A DNA stretch of 63,107 nt, counting the filler, from Octopus bimaculoides (Eukaryota), in the NCBI RefSeq assembly GCF_001194135.2. It is 4 parts of 3 records of this genome, joined end to end, with 100 filler letters (N's around TTAATTAATTAA, not from the genome) between each part and the next. Parts side by side here need not be neighbours in the genome. Positions count along the whole stretch, not along the records: positions 30,086 to 50,499 come from NC_068992.1; positions 50,600 to 63,107 come from NC_068993.1; 2 more parts are not named here. One strand, written 5' to 3'. Of this stretch, positions 44,420-58,215 are shown piece after piece. A program made the translations under genes and the position numbers. The notes below the pieces were generated by a model that saw only the letters and a program-made list of their open reading frames with translations, was not told the DNA's origin and did not search any database. Position 1 is the first letter of the stretch, and each line of letters opens with the position of its first letter.

Positions 44420-44570
44420 ATGTCATTTATGTACCAGCTGCTGATTACCATGAACTAAGATACATCGTTCTTGACAAGCTTCTTATGCCAATGTTTTCCA
44501 ACCAGTATTTAATTTAATTGCTCTCCACCCTGTACTCTGAGCACCAACAACTATTGGCACATTATACGTA
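44420..44570 (-). mobile_element. Decayed 3' end of an R4-like LINE
   Basis: Minus strand YNVPIVVGAQST...CQERCIL resembles the PIVVGALG...QK..LLG terminus. Confidence 0.5.
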
Positions 44571-44611
44571 GTCATACTACCTCTACTACTACTACTACTG
44601 CTATTTACTTT

Positions 44612-44965
44612 TGATTTGCATGTTTGTTACAATCCCTTGCCGAGACACACCCAACGCCCTAGGGCAAGTGAAGGATGAGAGATATTATGTTTGACTGATG
44701 CCTGAGGAGGGGAAGCGGCAGGAGCAGTAGCGAAATGTTTTCATGAAAGACAACACAGACGTTTAAACTGATAGGATTTTCCTAAGGATGTGGGCAATAC
44801 ATGTTAGCGCAATCTTTGGGATTACTCTGAAACGTATCCCAGTTTCTTCTGAGATATTATGTTCTTGAGAGCCCTTTCTTATCATAGTTAGAGCACCCAC
44901 GATAACAGGAATAGTTCTCGCTTTAAGATGCCACATCATTTGTATTTCAATGTGCAGATCCTTAG
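44612..44965 (-). mobile_element. 3' fragment of an R4/Dong-like LINE with UTR ending in (TAG)n
   Basis: DLHIEIQMMWHLKARTIPVIVGALTMIRKG...IPKIALTCIAHILRKILSV*. Confidence 0.8.
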
Positions 44966-45210
44966 CACGGCGCTGAGCTGGCAGAAACGTTAGCACGGCG
45001 CTGAGCTGGCAGAAACGTTAGCACGCCAGCTGAAATGCTCAGCGGTATTTCGTCTGCTTTTACGTTCTCAGTTTATGTTCAACTGGTATTTATTTTATCG
45101 AATCCGAAACGATGAACTAGTAACTCGATCACGGTGGAATTTGAACTTAGAACGCAAAGACTGACGGTCTCCTGCAAAGCATGTTATCCATCGTGCTAAC
45201 GAACTGCCAC
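44962..45210. mobile_element. Two partial family B SINEs tail-to-tail; the + copy has a duplicated head
   Basis: 28-nt unit TTAGCACGGCGCTGAGCTGGCAGAAACG x2.3 (44962-45025); minus copy about 45080-45210. Confidence 0.75.
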
Positions 45211-46408
45211 TTTGTTGCCTTCTTTTGAAATATTAATATCTAAAATGTGTAAATACCTTTATCCATCAAAGTGTGACGCTGATAGGATATCTTACAACAC
45301 TTGTTATCCTGCATTCTACCGATTTCTTTTTTCATCTGCCATTGTATTTCCACACACATACACGCATGCATGTATGCCGAAATTCATGCTAACACACTGG
45401 TCACAAAACTTTATCTTTTAGTTTAACGCAGTAAATGTTGAGAAAATCAATTTAAACTAACAGAACCTACATCAAAAATATACTGACTTTGATAATTGCA
45501 ATTTTCACTGTTGTCACATCGTGTTAGCTGCTTACGATTATTTATACTTAAAAGATTTGGTAGTTGTGTATACGACCCATCAACATTTTCACCCGTACTT
45601 TCAGATTAATGGAGTGGTACGGGTCTCGTTGATTGTACATGCTTTCCAAATACTCATATTTTTACTATTTAACAAAGTATTGAAAACACTTGAAATGTAC
45701 ACGTCTTTTCAATTTGCAATGTGTAGTGGTCCAAACGAACTGGTTGCTTAAAATAAATCTTGTATGTATTTTACAACTCACAGAAGCCAAACACAATTAT
45801 CAGTCGAATATTGTTTGTTGTTAGTTACTTTATTTATACAAGCACAAACTGAATACATAATTTCAATTTTAACAAGGTGCTGATGCCAAGTCACGTACTT
45901 TCCCAAAACAAATAAGATATTTTTTTCATTACAAGTAAAAAGGGGAATATTTCGGGTGTGTGTTAAGAGATATATTGTTATCTGAACTGTATCCTCACGC
46001 GTTCATTGATAAATTCATTCATTTATTCGTACGATATAACATTGATGCACTGCTGCTATTATTATTCTTATAATCAGGTGCAAGTACACATTTATGTATT
46101 TTCTTTATAGCTTTTAGTACAGCATTTGAATCATTTTCCCTCCTTACTTATTAGAGCCAGACAAATTTCTAATCAGAGACTGTTCGCCAAACCTGATTGA
46201 AATTTATAACTCATATAAAACAGACAGAGTCGGACATGGAGAAAATCATCAGGGAAATATCTTGAAATTAACTATAAATTTTAAAAGACTGCGTTATTGT
46301 TTATTCAGACGTTGTGAACGTGAACAGATAATTAACATATTTCTAGATTTTACAATCAACCTGAAAAGTTATGTTACAGTTGCTTGCAATCTTAAAGTTA
46401 TTCTGTAA

Positions 46409-46468
<60 letters not shown>

Positions 46469-47065
46469 ATATACATCAACACAGATATTCATATAGAAAT
46501 ATCAATGTATAAATAATTTTGAGCGGATACATATAGGCACATATACACACTTCCCGCGTAGGTAAGCATAAACACGCAAATACACATATTCCTGCGCATG
46601 TGTAAGCGTGTGAAAGATATAAGATAGCATTTGGTTGAAGTACTTAGATTTGATATTTATTGGAAGTCAGTAAACAATTCACTCGGTATACAAGCGGTGT
46701 TCCACACTGAGCACAGGCATTCATAAGATATCTATTTTGAATCAGTTTTACATCAATGATGTATTTTAGAAGTAAATACGTCGCGTGTCTTCGGCTGGAA
46801 TTACTTTAAGGAATGAAGTGCATACATGGATATTTACGCACAGGGATGTGTATATGTGAATTTGGGTGGGTGTATTCCGAAATATATTGAAATCTGATGT
46901 TACGCTACCAAAATAATGTGGGCCTAACCTTATTTGTTGTGTAGCAATAGGAAATATAAAATGAAGGGGTGTGGATAAATTATATGTATATCATACCATT
47001 TGGGTGATGCATGAGGGAGAGTTAACCAAGAGTAAGATTCATTTTTTGTGATAAGTTGTGGCTTA

Positions 47066-47178
47066 TATTGCAGTGCATTATATTGCAGTGCATTATATTG
47101 CAGTGCATTATATTGCAGTGCATTATATTGCAGTGCATTATATTGCAGTGCATTATATTGCAATGCATTATATTGCAG
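47066..47178 (+). repeat. 15-bp minisatellite x7.5
   Basis: (TATTGCAGTGCATTA)x6, one CAATG variant, then a partial unit. Confidence 0.95.
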
Positions 47179-47669
47179 AAACTGTCTGATGGATGTCCAG
47201 CAATCTTCAATCAAGCTTCCCCGTAGAAAAATGAGAATCTTTAAGGAGTCTTTTCGTAGAACAGTAAATAAAACGGTGCAGAAACGTTTGCTATGAAGGG
47301 ATTACTGTCTGTTTTTGTAAGCAGTTTCTTTCGTCGCTTGAGTTTCATTATTGCTGTTGAAATGTAAATTTTGTCAAATTTGTTTGTTGTGTTGTTGTGA
47401 TCAAGAGATAAAGATGCCGAAAAGCAAAAAATATATGACATTCGAGTCTTTATTCCTTTTCGTTTCTGCTGTTGTTTTCTGTAATTATTGTGGTGAACAT
47501 CATTACTCTTGGTTTTGTCAAAGCTATAGAACGCTCTCACTTTTCGCTAATGATTTGAGAGAGGATTTAAACGATTGAATTACTGATGGGTCTTTTTGTC
47601 TTGAAAACAAATATTATATGTACATCTTACACATATATACGCATATACATATATGTACATATATCCATT

Positions 47670-47775
47670 CTACTGCAGGTACAAGAACTGAAATTTGGAG
47701 GCAGGTTTAGTCGATTGCAAAGACCTCAGTGCCCAACTAGTACCTATTTCTTTGACCCCTGAAAGAATCAAAGTT
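47670..47775 (-). mobile_element. Degenerate family B SINE tail
   Basis: gaaatttggaggc...tagtcgattgc...cagtgcccaactagtacc similar to 32710-32790. Confidence 0.55.
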
Positions 47776-48497
47776 ATATCTCAAAACATGTAAGTCATCG
47801 AAGGTAACTCTTTACTACACGTGTCTTCTTCCATGAAAGTGCACATTTCACAATGTAGGGAAGTTATTTGTCGTGTTTTAATACTTCAGATTGAAATCCA
47901 CGACTGAGAAAATATCGTTAGATCTAGCTTCAATTTAGATACAATTAGAAATTGTGGGTAAATTTTTGTTTTCTATTATCAAACATGTTATATAATATAT
48001 TACCGAAATGCATGATGACTTTATACGACAAAATTCTGAATGCTATTTTTACGTGAGATTCATGACTCGCTTTGATTGCAAATAGCCACTATTGGCGTTG
48101 CAAGAGGTTAACAATTTCATTACATTATAATTGTAACATTATCGATTCGCAAAAGAAACCAAACGGCTTATTTAACATTAGTCAAATACACGACAGTGAC
48201 GATATCTACATGAATCGTCCATTATCTTACGTCAAAGACCAGGTATGATGCAATTAACAAAAGAGTATAATCTTTATGGTTATCTTTTTTTCTTTACTTA
48301 ATCTACTTATCGAAGGCAAAGCAATAACAGTGAAAAATTCTTTGACGTTTAAGGGTAAGTTCATTCCTATATCAACCTATGCTAAGAATACCGCTGTCAC
48401 AAGTTTTAGATAAATTCATAAAAAATAATGTGTAATATATATATATATACACGTTTCTGCCAGCTCGCGTCCTAAATAAGAATAGTATTAATAGTAT

Positions 48498-48561
<64 letters not shown>

Positions 48562-49825
48562 GATTTAGCTGTTCTTTTTAGTACATCTCGATCAACTGAA
48601 ACCATCCTCCTTTTTTTTTTGTCGCTATGATATATATTAATGTATTTCAATATTTTTCTCCCCATAAGCACATTTGATATAATGATGGTGCACGCAAGGG
48701 AGGTCTACTGTTGGGATTTAGTTACAAAAATAAAAACGGCACGTATTTCACATTCTGACTTTTTTTCAAAGTTAAAAACGATTGAAAATTTTATGATTCG
48801 CGGGTTTGTGATGATGGAGGTGGGGTTAATTTTTTTAAAATTCTTTTTTTCATAATCGTATGAATTTGTGTGTGTAGAACACTCATTCGCAAATGTTTTC
48901 TGAAAATTTTAAACAATAAAAAATATATAAATGATGTGTTTTATGGGGTGCCTAAGCCAGAATTTCGCCAACATGATTTATGATGTGTTATATGTAGAAT
49001 TTAAGATACCAGGCTAGGGTACATTTGTTTCGTTATTAGCTTTAGTACACTATACACATACAAATTTGTTTCTCTCCATTAAATGATAAATCATAGAAAT
49101 GCATGTATTTCCTCATTTTGATTTTTTTTCCATTTCATTGTATTTTCATTTTCTGGTTTTGAATTTATTTTAATTTTACTTTATTCTATATTATGTATTT
49201 CCCGCGACACATTCGTTTAAATATCCATCCATCCTCATATAATGTATATCACCATAATGCCAGTTATTCAATTGATAAAGTTACATATATTATTTTTTCA
49301 TATATACTTATACCTACTCCAATATAATCTAATATTTGCGTGCATATTAATCTCACTCCTTTCTGTTACTCTCTCACTTACTTACGATCTCTCTATATTT
49401 CTGTCTTTCATTCTGACAGGTTTTCCATGTTTTTTTGTCCTTTTCCAGTAATCACTTTCATGTTACATTTCGTTTTACATTACTTGACTTTTAACGCACA
49501 GAATATGCTAACCCTATCCACCATCTACGTACGTCCTCTTAACTCTCTGAAACCATTCTATCTTTTCTTAAATTTCTTGTTTCCCATCTTTTCTATCTTT
49601 CCCTTCCGTTCTCATTGCTACTGATTATTTTGTTCCCCGCTCACTTGATTTCCTGCCACGCTTTCGTATTTTAGCAGCTCGCTTTCGTTCTGTATACGCA
49701 TATTTGTAAACACCATCCCATCACAAGTGCAGGCCAAACCCCAAATTCTTTATTCCTCGAAATCAGACGGTCTTTAACTCTGGATATATCGTCTATATCC
49801 CAATATATGTATATATATATATATA

Positions 49826-50184
49826 TCTTTTACTTATTTCAGCCAATAGACTACGGCTATGTTGTAGTTCCACCTTGAAGATGTTTTAAGTGGAATGGAT
49901 CGAACTCAATGCTTATATTTTAAGCGTGGTATTTATTTTAACTGTCATATTAACTGAAGTGCTGTTTCACTGCTATGTAAACACACCGAAAACAGTTGTC
50001 AAGCGTTGGTGGTAGGCAAACACACACACACACACACATACAATTTCCATCTATCAAATCCACTCACAAGCTCTTGGTTGGTCCGGACCTGTATTAGAAG
50101 ATATTCCTTAGAGGAGCAACATAATGGAAATAAACCTGGAACCAAGCGGTTGTGAAGCAAACTACTTACCACACAGCTACGCAT
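49826..50184 (-). mobile_element. Diverged SINE family A
   Basis: ctatcaaatccactcacaag...actacttaccacacagc head; cttttacttatttcagcca tail. Confidence 0.75.
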
Positions 50185-50919
50185 TATATATAAATGCTTG
50201 TTTTAAAAAAAATAATATTAAACTGAAAGTATATATGTGTGGGTTTGTACGTATGTATCAGCATCTTAATGTTTATATATGCATAATTCTATACCTGCAG
50301 CTATACATTTAAATGTTTTCTTAGTAAACGAAGTGCTCATGTAACAGCTGTATTAAAGTTATTATATGTCATCCTGACATTCATTCCTGGGCGCATGATT
50401 CCGAATGAATGTAGCAGCTCTTAACTTATGAAGATGACAACTTAATAGCTACTGATTTATGTCATTTAATATTAATATATATATATATATATATATATAN
50501 NNNNNNNNNNNNNNNNNNNNNNNNNNNNNNNNNNNNNNNNNNNTTAATTAATTAANNNNNNNNNNNNNNNNNNNNNNNNNNNNNNNNNNNNNNNNNNNNA
50601 GATATTCATATCAGCAGAGCAGCTGCTATATGCATATATGTATATATGTATGTTTGTATGCTTGCATGCATGCATGTATGTATGTATGTATGTATGTTTG
50701 TATGTATGTATGTATGTATGTATGTATGTATGTGCGTATGTATGTATTCTTTCTTCTTTTTTTAATTTAGGATAAATTTTAATTGATTACCTGTAAAGTG
50801 TGTGAAGAAGAGCATCTTGTTTTGTTCAAAATCTTTTTAATCTGAAGGTTTTACAGATTTAATAATAGCCAGATATCGTGATAATTTGTAGCGTATAAAT
50901 GAAGGATTTGCTTTCTCAC

Positions 50920-51069
50920 CCCAAATTCAGCCATACTTTGCTCCAAACGGTTTTGGTACGTATCTTGTTCCTTCAATAATAATGGGTATCTTGGATACTG
51001 GATTTGCAAACTCCTTATCAATGCTCCATTTCTTGCATTTTCATAACCACATTGGTATCCAGGGGGTAG
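50920..51069 (-). other. Candidate 150-nt phase 0-0 exon
   Basis: aatcag|LPPGYQCGYENARNGALIRSLQIQYPRYPLLLKEQDTYQNRLEQSMAEFG|gtgaga; weak polypyrimidine tract. Confidence 0.25.
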
Positions 51070-52149
51070 CTGATTATCACAATAGAACATATTTTTTCTT
51101 AATGCATTTTGACTAAAACACTCACATATGTATATGCACACACACGCACACGTATACATAAATAATCTAAGATGTGCTTTAAATGCTCGGCATGCAACCA
51201 GTGGTATTAATACTCCGTATCCGTATCGCGTTAAATTCTTATTCTCCAATATTGTACCTTTAACCGAGACAGCTACTATCAGGTATCTCCTGGGGGATTT
51301 TCCATTCGGCATTTTCATAATAATCGTCAAGAGTTTTACAGTGGTGATGTTATATGTTTTGGGTGAGGCATTTGCACAATACTCACTTCACAGTTCATTT
51401 AACCATGCTGCACCGCGATTGTGTTCTTTATTTACATTCCAGGTTCCTCGTCAGAATAACTCTTGGTCTTCTGGGAGGGGAGCATTTACTAATTTGATGA
51501 TATCGCCTTTCATAATGCCATGTATAGCTTATGTTCCGGGCAAACATTTTTTTTTTACAAAACGAAGTTGTTCACTTACCGCTCGAGGGTAATAAATTTT
51601 CCTATGAGGATATCTCGGCGGCAGCCTCCGTACAATTTGGAGAATCTATCATGTAGTCGGAGCTGGTGATTTGTTAACTCACTTTTAGCTTTGCATTTGA
51701 TGATAGAGTCTAACTATCCTATCATTTTCCTGAGTCGATTTTCTTCTTTTTTTTTTTTGGTAGAGAGGTAATCAATTTTGGCTCAGTATTATATTTTGGA
51801 TCAGTCTCTTTTACTCCTATCTGTTAGTGCGCAGTTACTGCGCATAATACATCAGGACATTTATTGTCCAAAAGCTAAAAGTTTGGATTTGAGCAGCTTG
51901 TTCTCTCACAATATCCTCGATTGCGGCTAACATGATTATAAGGGATGTATTCATTATCCAGGAGAATGAATAGTCCGCTATGCCAAAGTGTCTCTATTCG
52001 ACGCCACGATTATGTATGTATGTGAAAATGAAGGACTGTTGTTTTTTTACATGTGTGATTTGTAAAAGGAAATAGCTGAGTCATGGGTCAGGTCAACCAT
52101 CAGAGAAAACACAGGAATCAACTCTTTTTCACCTGTGGTACGGCTATTG

Positions 52150-52335
52150 TTCACAACAGAATATGTGCAACCTGTGGGAAAAGTGTGCCATTCTGTTGGA
52201 GGATTTAAAAGAAATGTCCAAAGGCTTCATACCGTGGCACCTGTTCTCTCTGTCAGCTAACACAACTGTGTATTATGCAATAAAATGTGCAAATCTTTGG
52301 CGGGGCTCAAGAGTCACATAAGGGCCTCATATTGC
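52150..52335 (+). mobile_element. 3' remnant of an RTE-type LINE with two C2H2-like fingers
   Basis: CATCGK(V)CHSVGGFKR and CVLCNKMCKSLAGLKSHIR match the RTE C-terminal C..C...C.S..GL.SH.R motif. Confidence 0.5.
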
Positions 52336-53029
52336 ATTATCAGTAACTCATTTCAATGAGTTATTCTAGCAATGGCCTTGCTCGTATACGAGTAAGCAGC
52401 CACTATACTATATGTGTATGTATAAGCAATCATAATATTTTGAACCTCCCTACTATTATCATTTTTTTGCTACGCTTGAATAAGTTTATGAGAACTTAGG
52501 ACAAAAACCAACGTAATAAGAACTCAAGGAAGAGAGCAAATGAGAAAAAGGTCATGTTTCTGTACGAAAATTAATATAAAATTATGTATGGCCACTTCAC
52601 TCTAAAACATAACACTACAATAAACTACTGGCACAAGATACCATTTATTGTTTTACGAAACAAATATATACAGTTCTTACCGCTTACTCATGCAGCCTTT
52701 AGTAAATATCGGAGAAATGTCATTCTGGGACAGTCTTGTTTATCGAAGGTAATGACATGTAAATATTGACTAGACAGTAGAATCATGCCCGGAGGCAGAG
52801 CCAGCCTAAAAGTGAAATATCAAAAATATGTTAAAAAGAAGATTAAAAATAATGACGAAGATAATTAATATATAATTAATATGATTGAATTGTGGAAGTT
52901 GTTCATATTGGTAGTAGAATAACAGCAGTCACTTTTCCAGAAATTGTATCCACACTATATATATTACAATAAAAGCTATTTTTTGTTACACACATACACA
53001 CACCCACAAACTCACATTTAATATATGTA

Positions 53030-53164
53030 TGCACATGTGTGGCTTTGTAGTAAGAAGCTTAGTTGCAAACCACTTAGTACCGGGTTCAGTGGCGCCTTGA
53101 GTAAGTGTCTTTTACTGTAGCCTCTTCTACTATAGCCTCCGGCCGACCGAAGTCTTGTGAGTGG

Positions 53165-53166
<2 letters not shown>
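53030..53166 (+). mobile_element. 5' part of SINE family A
   Basis: gtagtaagaagcttagttgcaaacc...ggccgaccgaagtcttgtgagtgg. Confidence 0.75.
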
Positions 53167-53205
<39 letters not shown>

Positions 53206-53774
53206 AGAGTATTGTAGTTCGCTTGAATCATTGTGTATTGTTTGTAAAGAATAAAAGTTTTGAATGGTACAACAATGCACTATAATACAAAAAATGGGCT
53301 ATATACCTGTTGTAATTTAGTCATCCATAGTCTGACATGATATTTCGGAATAAAATTCCTTCTTCAGATATTCTTAGATGAAGTCTCTGCTATAATCTGT
53401 TTTCCAACGGCTTTTCTTTTTTATTTTTTTAAAATTTTTTCTGTAAGCATCTCAGCAGTGGTTTCATGAAGCCCCTTCCGGAATATTCAATTAGACGTAC
53501 AGGCTATTAATCTTCTTTTTTTTTTAACTAAACAATTTCAAACTTCCGATACTGGTAGAATTTGTCACATAGAACAGGGTTTACACTTAATGTTTTCCAC
53601 AAAATTTTGTATTTTAGAAGTTATTTCGTCAGAAGTTACAGAGTGACAGTGAACAAATTCGTGTTTGATAAGTGCCAATACACGAAACTCTCAGCTTTTG
53701 AGTTAGTCTCTAACTCCTGCGCATGATATATACATATATATGATGATATATACATATTACATATATGTGTAAAA

Positions 53775-53990
53775 AAAATCTCATCGCGCATTCGAACCAA
53801 TGAAAGAGCCCCTACCTGGTTGCTCTGCACGCTAAAAATAGCAGCTAAAGTATCCCCCTACATGAATCACACGCTCACTGTATGTAATGTCCTAAATTAT
53901 CTCTAAAAAGACGGTTTGTTGAAGACTGGAATGTCTTTGACAATAGATTTGTGGTATCAGGGTTGATTTGAGGTTAAATGACAACATTAT
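53775..53990. repeat. Interspersed repeat, related to about 1140-1340
   Basis: gctaaaaatagcagctaaa...cacac aligns to cttacgaaaatagtagctac...ctacacc. Confidence 0.4.
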
Positions 53991-56069
53991 GGTAAATTTC
54001 TATATTAACACCCGCACGATTTTCACTAAGAAAAACAAACAAAAAATTTGATCTGGGGTTTGGAATCAAGTACCCTGACCTCCTAATATGCTGCAATTTC
54101 CTTATCTTGGTTCAGAAAAAGTTTGTTTTTTTTATGTTGAATGAATTCTTGTGACCTCCTAATATTGCAAAATTAGATTACTTAAGGCGAGCCTGGTAAC
54201 TGATGGCTGGGGGGTTTTGTTTGTAACTTTTGGAGAGCCATGGTGCAACCAACAACATGTAAAAATCCCTGCCATTAATTTGGAAATATAACATAATTCA
54301 ATCACAACATATATTTAAATTAAACATGAAAACAATTGAAATATTATCATCACTTACATGGAAATATTTAAATATTATCTTTCAGTATTTTATAAGGTAA
54401 AATCTTAAATTATCAATTGACACATTATTAATTAGCTTATAACAGCAATGGCTGGAAAAATCATTGATTACATGGAAAAATGCGAGCATGAAAAGTAATA
54501 TTCTTAAGATTATAAACCTGGAAAAGCACAGGACAAGTTATTACACCTGTAAAAGTATAGGACAATCTATTACTTCTAGTGAAGTAAAGAATAAGGAACA
54601 TTTTACTTAAAATATTGCATCTAAAATTAAAATTTGAACATTAAAACTTATTTTATTATAGTTTACGAATAATACTAAACTCATTTAAGTAGAATTTGAC
54701 TAATTTACTACCTTAAATACAGAAAAAGTGACTAATTAAACAAACTTACAAATTAGCTGAACNNNNNNNNNNNNNNNNNNNNNNNNNNNNNNNNNNNNNN
54801 NNNNNNNNNNNNNNNNNNNNNNNNNNNNNNNNNNNNNNNNNNNNNNNNNNNNNNNNNNNNNNNNNNNNNNNNNNNNNNNNNNNNNNNNNNNNNNNNNNNN
54901 NNNNNNNNNNNNNNNNNNNNNNNNNNNNNNNNNNNNNNNNNNNNNNNNNNNNNNNNNNNNNNNNNNNNNNNNNNNNNNNNNNNNNNNNNNNNNNNNNNNN
55001 NNNNNNNNNNNNNNNNNNNNNNNNNNNNNNNNNNNNNNNNNNNNNNNNNNNNNNNNNNNNNNNNNNNNNNNNNNNNNNNNNNNNNNNNNNNNNNNNNNNN
55101 NNNNNNNNNNNNNNNNNNNNNNNNNNNNNNNNNNNNNNNNNNNNNNNNNNNNNNNNNNNNNNNNNNNNNNNNNNNNNNNNNNNNNNNNNNNNNNNNNNNN
55201 NNNNNNNNNNNNNNNNNNNNNNNNNNNNNNNNNNNNNNNNNNNNNNNNNNNNNNNNNNNNNNNNNNNNNNNNNNNNNNNNNNNNNNNNNNNNNNNNNNNN
55301 NNNNNNNNNNNNNNNNNNNNNNNNNNNNNNNNNNNNNNNNNNNNNNNNNNNNNNNNNNNNNNNNNNNNNNNNNNNNNNNNNNNNNNNNNNNNNNNNNNNN
55401 NNNNNNNNNNNNNNNNNNNNNNNNNNNNNNNNNNNNNNNNNNNNNNNNNNNNNNNNNNNNNNNNNNNNNNNNNNNNNNNNNNNNNNNNNNNNNNNNNNNN
55501 NNNNNNNNNNNNNNNNNNNNNNNNNNNNNNNNNNNNNNNNNNNNNNNNNNNNNNNNATATATTTATATATGTATATATATATATATGTATGTGCGTGTAA
55601 TTTTCTGCCTGCGTATGTGACTGTGTTATTGTGTGTATGTTTGTGTTTTCTTGTGTCTGTGTGTGTGTGCGAGCCTATATACGCGTGTGCGTTATGTATG
55701 TAATGTATGTATGTATGTGCTCTGCGTTTGTGTGTGCGTGTGTGTGCGCGTGAGTTTGTGTATCTGTGCACGTGTGCCTATATATGTCTCTGTGTGTGTA
55801 TGTGTGGTGTGTGTATGTGTGGTGTGTGTATGCTTTGCGTATAAATATATCTGCCTGTGCATGTGTGTTTACACATATGCTTCTGTATGCTTGAGTGTAT
55901 GTGCGTGCGTGCGCGTACCTATGTGTCTACCTATTTACCTACCTAACTGGCAACTTATTTATCTATTTATCCAGCTATGTGTTTACGTATGATTCTACCT
56001 ATCTACATGCCTGCTTTGCCTGTCTACTCAAATGTACCTGTGTATGTACTTTGCATGGATGGCATCAGT

Positions 56070-57160
56070 GGTATTGAGGTATCTCTACTTCCCATTTGTA
56101 TTTCCTATTCAGCATGGGTAATGTTTTACTTATGAGGACATACCCTTGTATTTGTCTAAGTGACAGGTCCTTTGGGTGTTTGGACAATATGTGAATGTCA
56201 ATTCGGCCCAGTGTACCACTACATTGATCATTGGCATGTTGATAGAGTATGGATGACTCTTTCTTGTCATTATACACTCTCCCATGTTTCATTTAGCCTC
56301 TTCGCTAAACTCCTAGAGATCCCTTCAATGTATGCCGTGTTTCTGCCTCACAAGCTGCTTCCATGCCCCATTTGTTGTAGACGACAGTTAATACTATGAT
56401 TAAAGTTACATTCCACACTGTGTTTAACAGTGTATGTGGTATTGTCAAAGGGGTACGTACTGCATAATCGTAATGTGCTGGAGCTCCCTGGTTTCTCAAC
56501 AATCTTAATGTTCACTTCGGTGTCCTCTAGTACCTTCTTTAACCTGAGGGCTAATTCCCCATGACGTGTGGCCTCTACAAACATCACTCCTTGATATTCA
56601 TCAGCCTTGTACAATGTGTTCACTCTCTTTGCTTTGTCACAAACCTTCTGTATACTGTTCCAGTAGTTACTTCGGTATCTAGGGCGGGTACTACTGGCAT
56701 TTTTACATACGACGTTTTCTTATTTCTTTCTGGCGCCCCTGTATATTCGGATCCTTTCTATCTGGTCGTATCCAGAGAATTGCATCCGGTTCATGAAGTT
56801 CTGTGCATGTCTCATTGATTCACAGAATTCGCATAGAGGGATACATTATTCATTATCCTAATTAAGTTTGCTATTAGTACGCTAATTTTCATATTGTGTG
56901 ACAAAGTTGAGTTCTTATGAATAATGTAGTTGAAAGCTAAGGTTTTCATGCAGCAGGATTGGAGGAGCTGCACTCTGATGTTTATGGTCTCTAACCAAAG
57001 TTCAGTATCAAGGAGTGAGAGTCTATTGTTAGGGTGTACAACAGGGTAATCTATAGTTACCTTGATACTTTGGTGGATGGAATTAGCAATATGCTGGATG
57101 CTCTCCGTCGAACTCCTCTCAGCCTCCTTGATACTGTCACAGGGTTTCCCTAACCAGAAT
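56070..57160 (-). mobile_element. Penelope-like element 3' half (RT thumb plus GIY-YIG), decayed
   Basis: IANSIHQSIKVTIDYP..LSLLDTELW; FMNRMQFSGY; VMFVEATRHGELA..KIVEKPG; AYIEGISRSLAKRLNE; KKESSILYQH; LSLRQIQ..LNRKYKW. Confidence 0.8.
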
Positions 57161-57311
57161 ATTAATATCGTCTACTTACCTACATAGTTAGTTGAATAGA
57201 TATTTAACTAGTTGTCTAAGAATAAAGGAATGAAATTGAACCAGTGCGTGTGTTATTAATTTTGGCGCAATGACTCTCTCTAAACAAAACAAAATATATA
57301 CACATATTTAG

Positions 57312-57375
<64 letters not shown>

Positions 57376-57959
57376 CTACAAAATATATACAAGAACATAC
57401 ACATGTGTATGAGTATGACAATGGTTTTTATTGTTATACGTATAGATACAGTTTATGCAAAACTGACTTTCTCCATTTCAGTCATATTCATTACATATGA
57501 GTCATCCACGTCATTCTCTTTTAATATCTTTTTTTAACATTTTTTTAAAATTTCACCATTACGTTTGTTCTGTTGTAAGACATCATTTTTCAGTCTAGTC
57601 AATATTTACATGTCATTACCTTCGATAAACAAAACGACTATCCCAGAAGGACATTTCTCCGACATCTACGAAAGACTACATGAATAAGTGTTAAGATCTG
57701 TCTATATTAGTTTCGTAAAACAATAAATTGTATCTTGCTTCAGAGGTCTAGAGTAGTGTTAAGTTTTAGAGTAAAGTGGCCATACATAATTTTACATTAA
57801 TTTCCGTACATGACATTTTTTTCCATTTGCTCTCTTCCTCGAGTTCTTATTATATTTGTCTGTTTTGTCTAAGTTGAAAATTCACATCAACTTACGCAAG
57901 TATGGTGAAAGATGGTAGCAATAGTGACGTTTAATGTTCTGTTTAATTTTAAATTGAAA

Positions 57960-58215
57960 ATCATAGCGGGAAATTTTCCTGGAATTCCAAAAAAAACAAC
58001 CATTTTTTCTCACACAGAATTTCTAACATACAATCCACACCGCACATTGTTTATTTATCACACCAGAAACAATCATTGTGTTTTGTCGACCAATTTTTTC
58101 GGAGATATTTATATTTATGACAGTTTGAACTTATCAGTACCACAGGAACCAACAGAACAAATAACAATGCTGTACTCACCACAAACAATCATAATTCCTA
58201 CAGTTCAACAAATGG
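57960..58215 (+). pseudogene. Ulp1/SENP-like (peptidase C48) domain fragment
   Basis: NFPGI...IYHTRNNH(C)V...IYIYDSL...PTVQQ keeps His (58074), Asp (58119) and Gln (58206); HW is HC via one base change; the DCG cysteine segment is absent. Confidence 0.55.

Noticed and set aside
44702-44745. CTGAGGAG...CGAAA hammerhead-like match
   Set aside because: The intervening sequence cannot form stem II, and it lies antisense within a LINE 3' UTR.
48180-48360. Two tiny plus-strand exon candidates (DDIYMNRPLSYVKDQ; 39-nt GKAITVKNSLTFK)
   Set aside because: Phases do not join into an open frame, and such sites are expected by chance in AT-rich DNA.
52260-52330. C2H2 zinc finger as part of the octopus ZNF gene expansion
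   Set aside because: No TGEKP linkers, frameshifted, and the motif matches the C-terminus of RTE LINEs.
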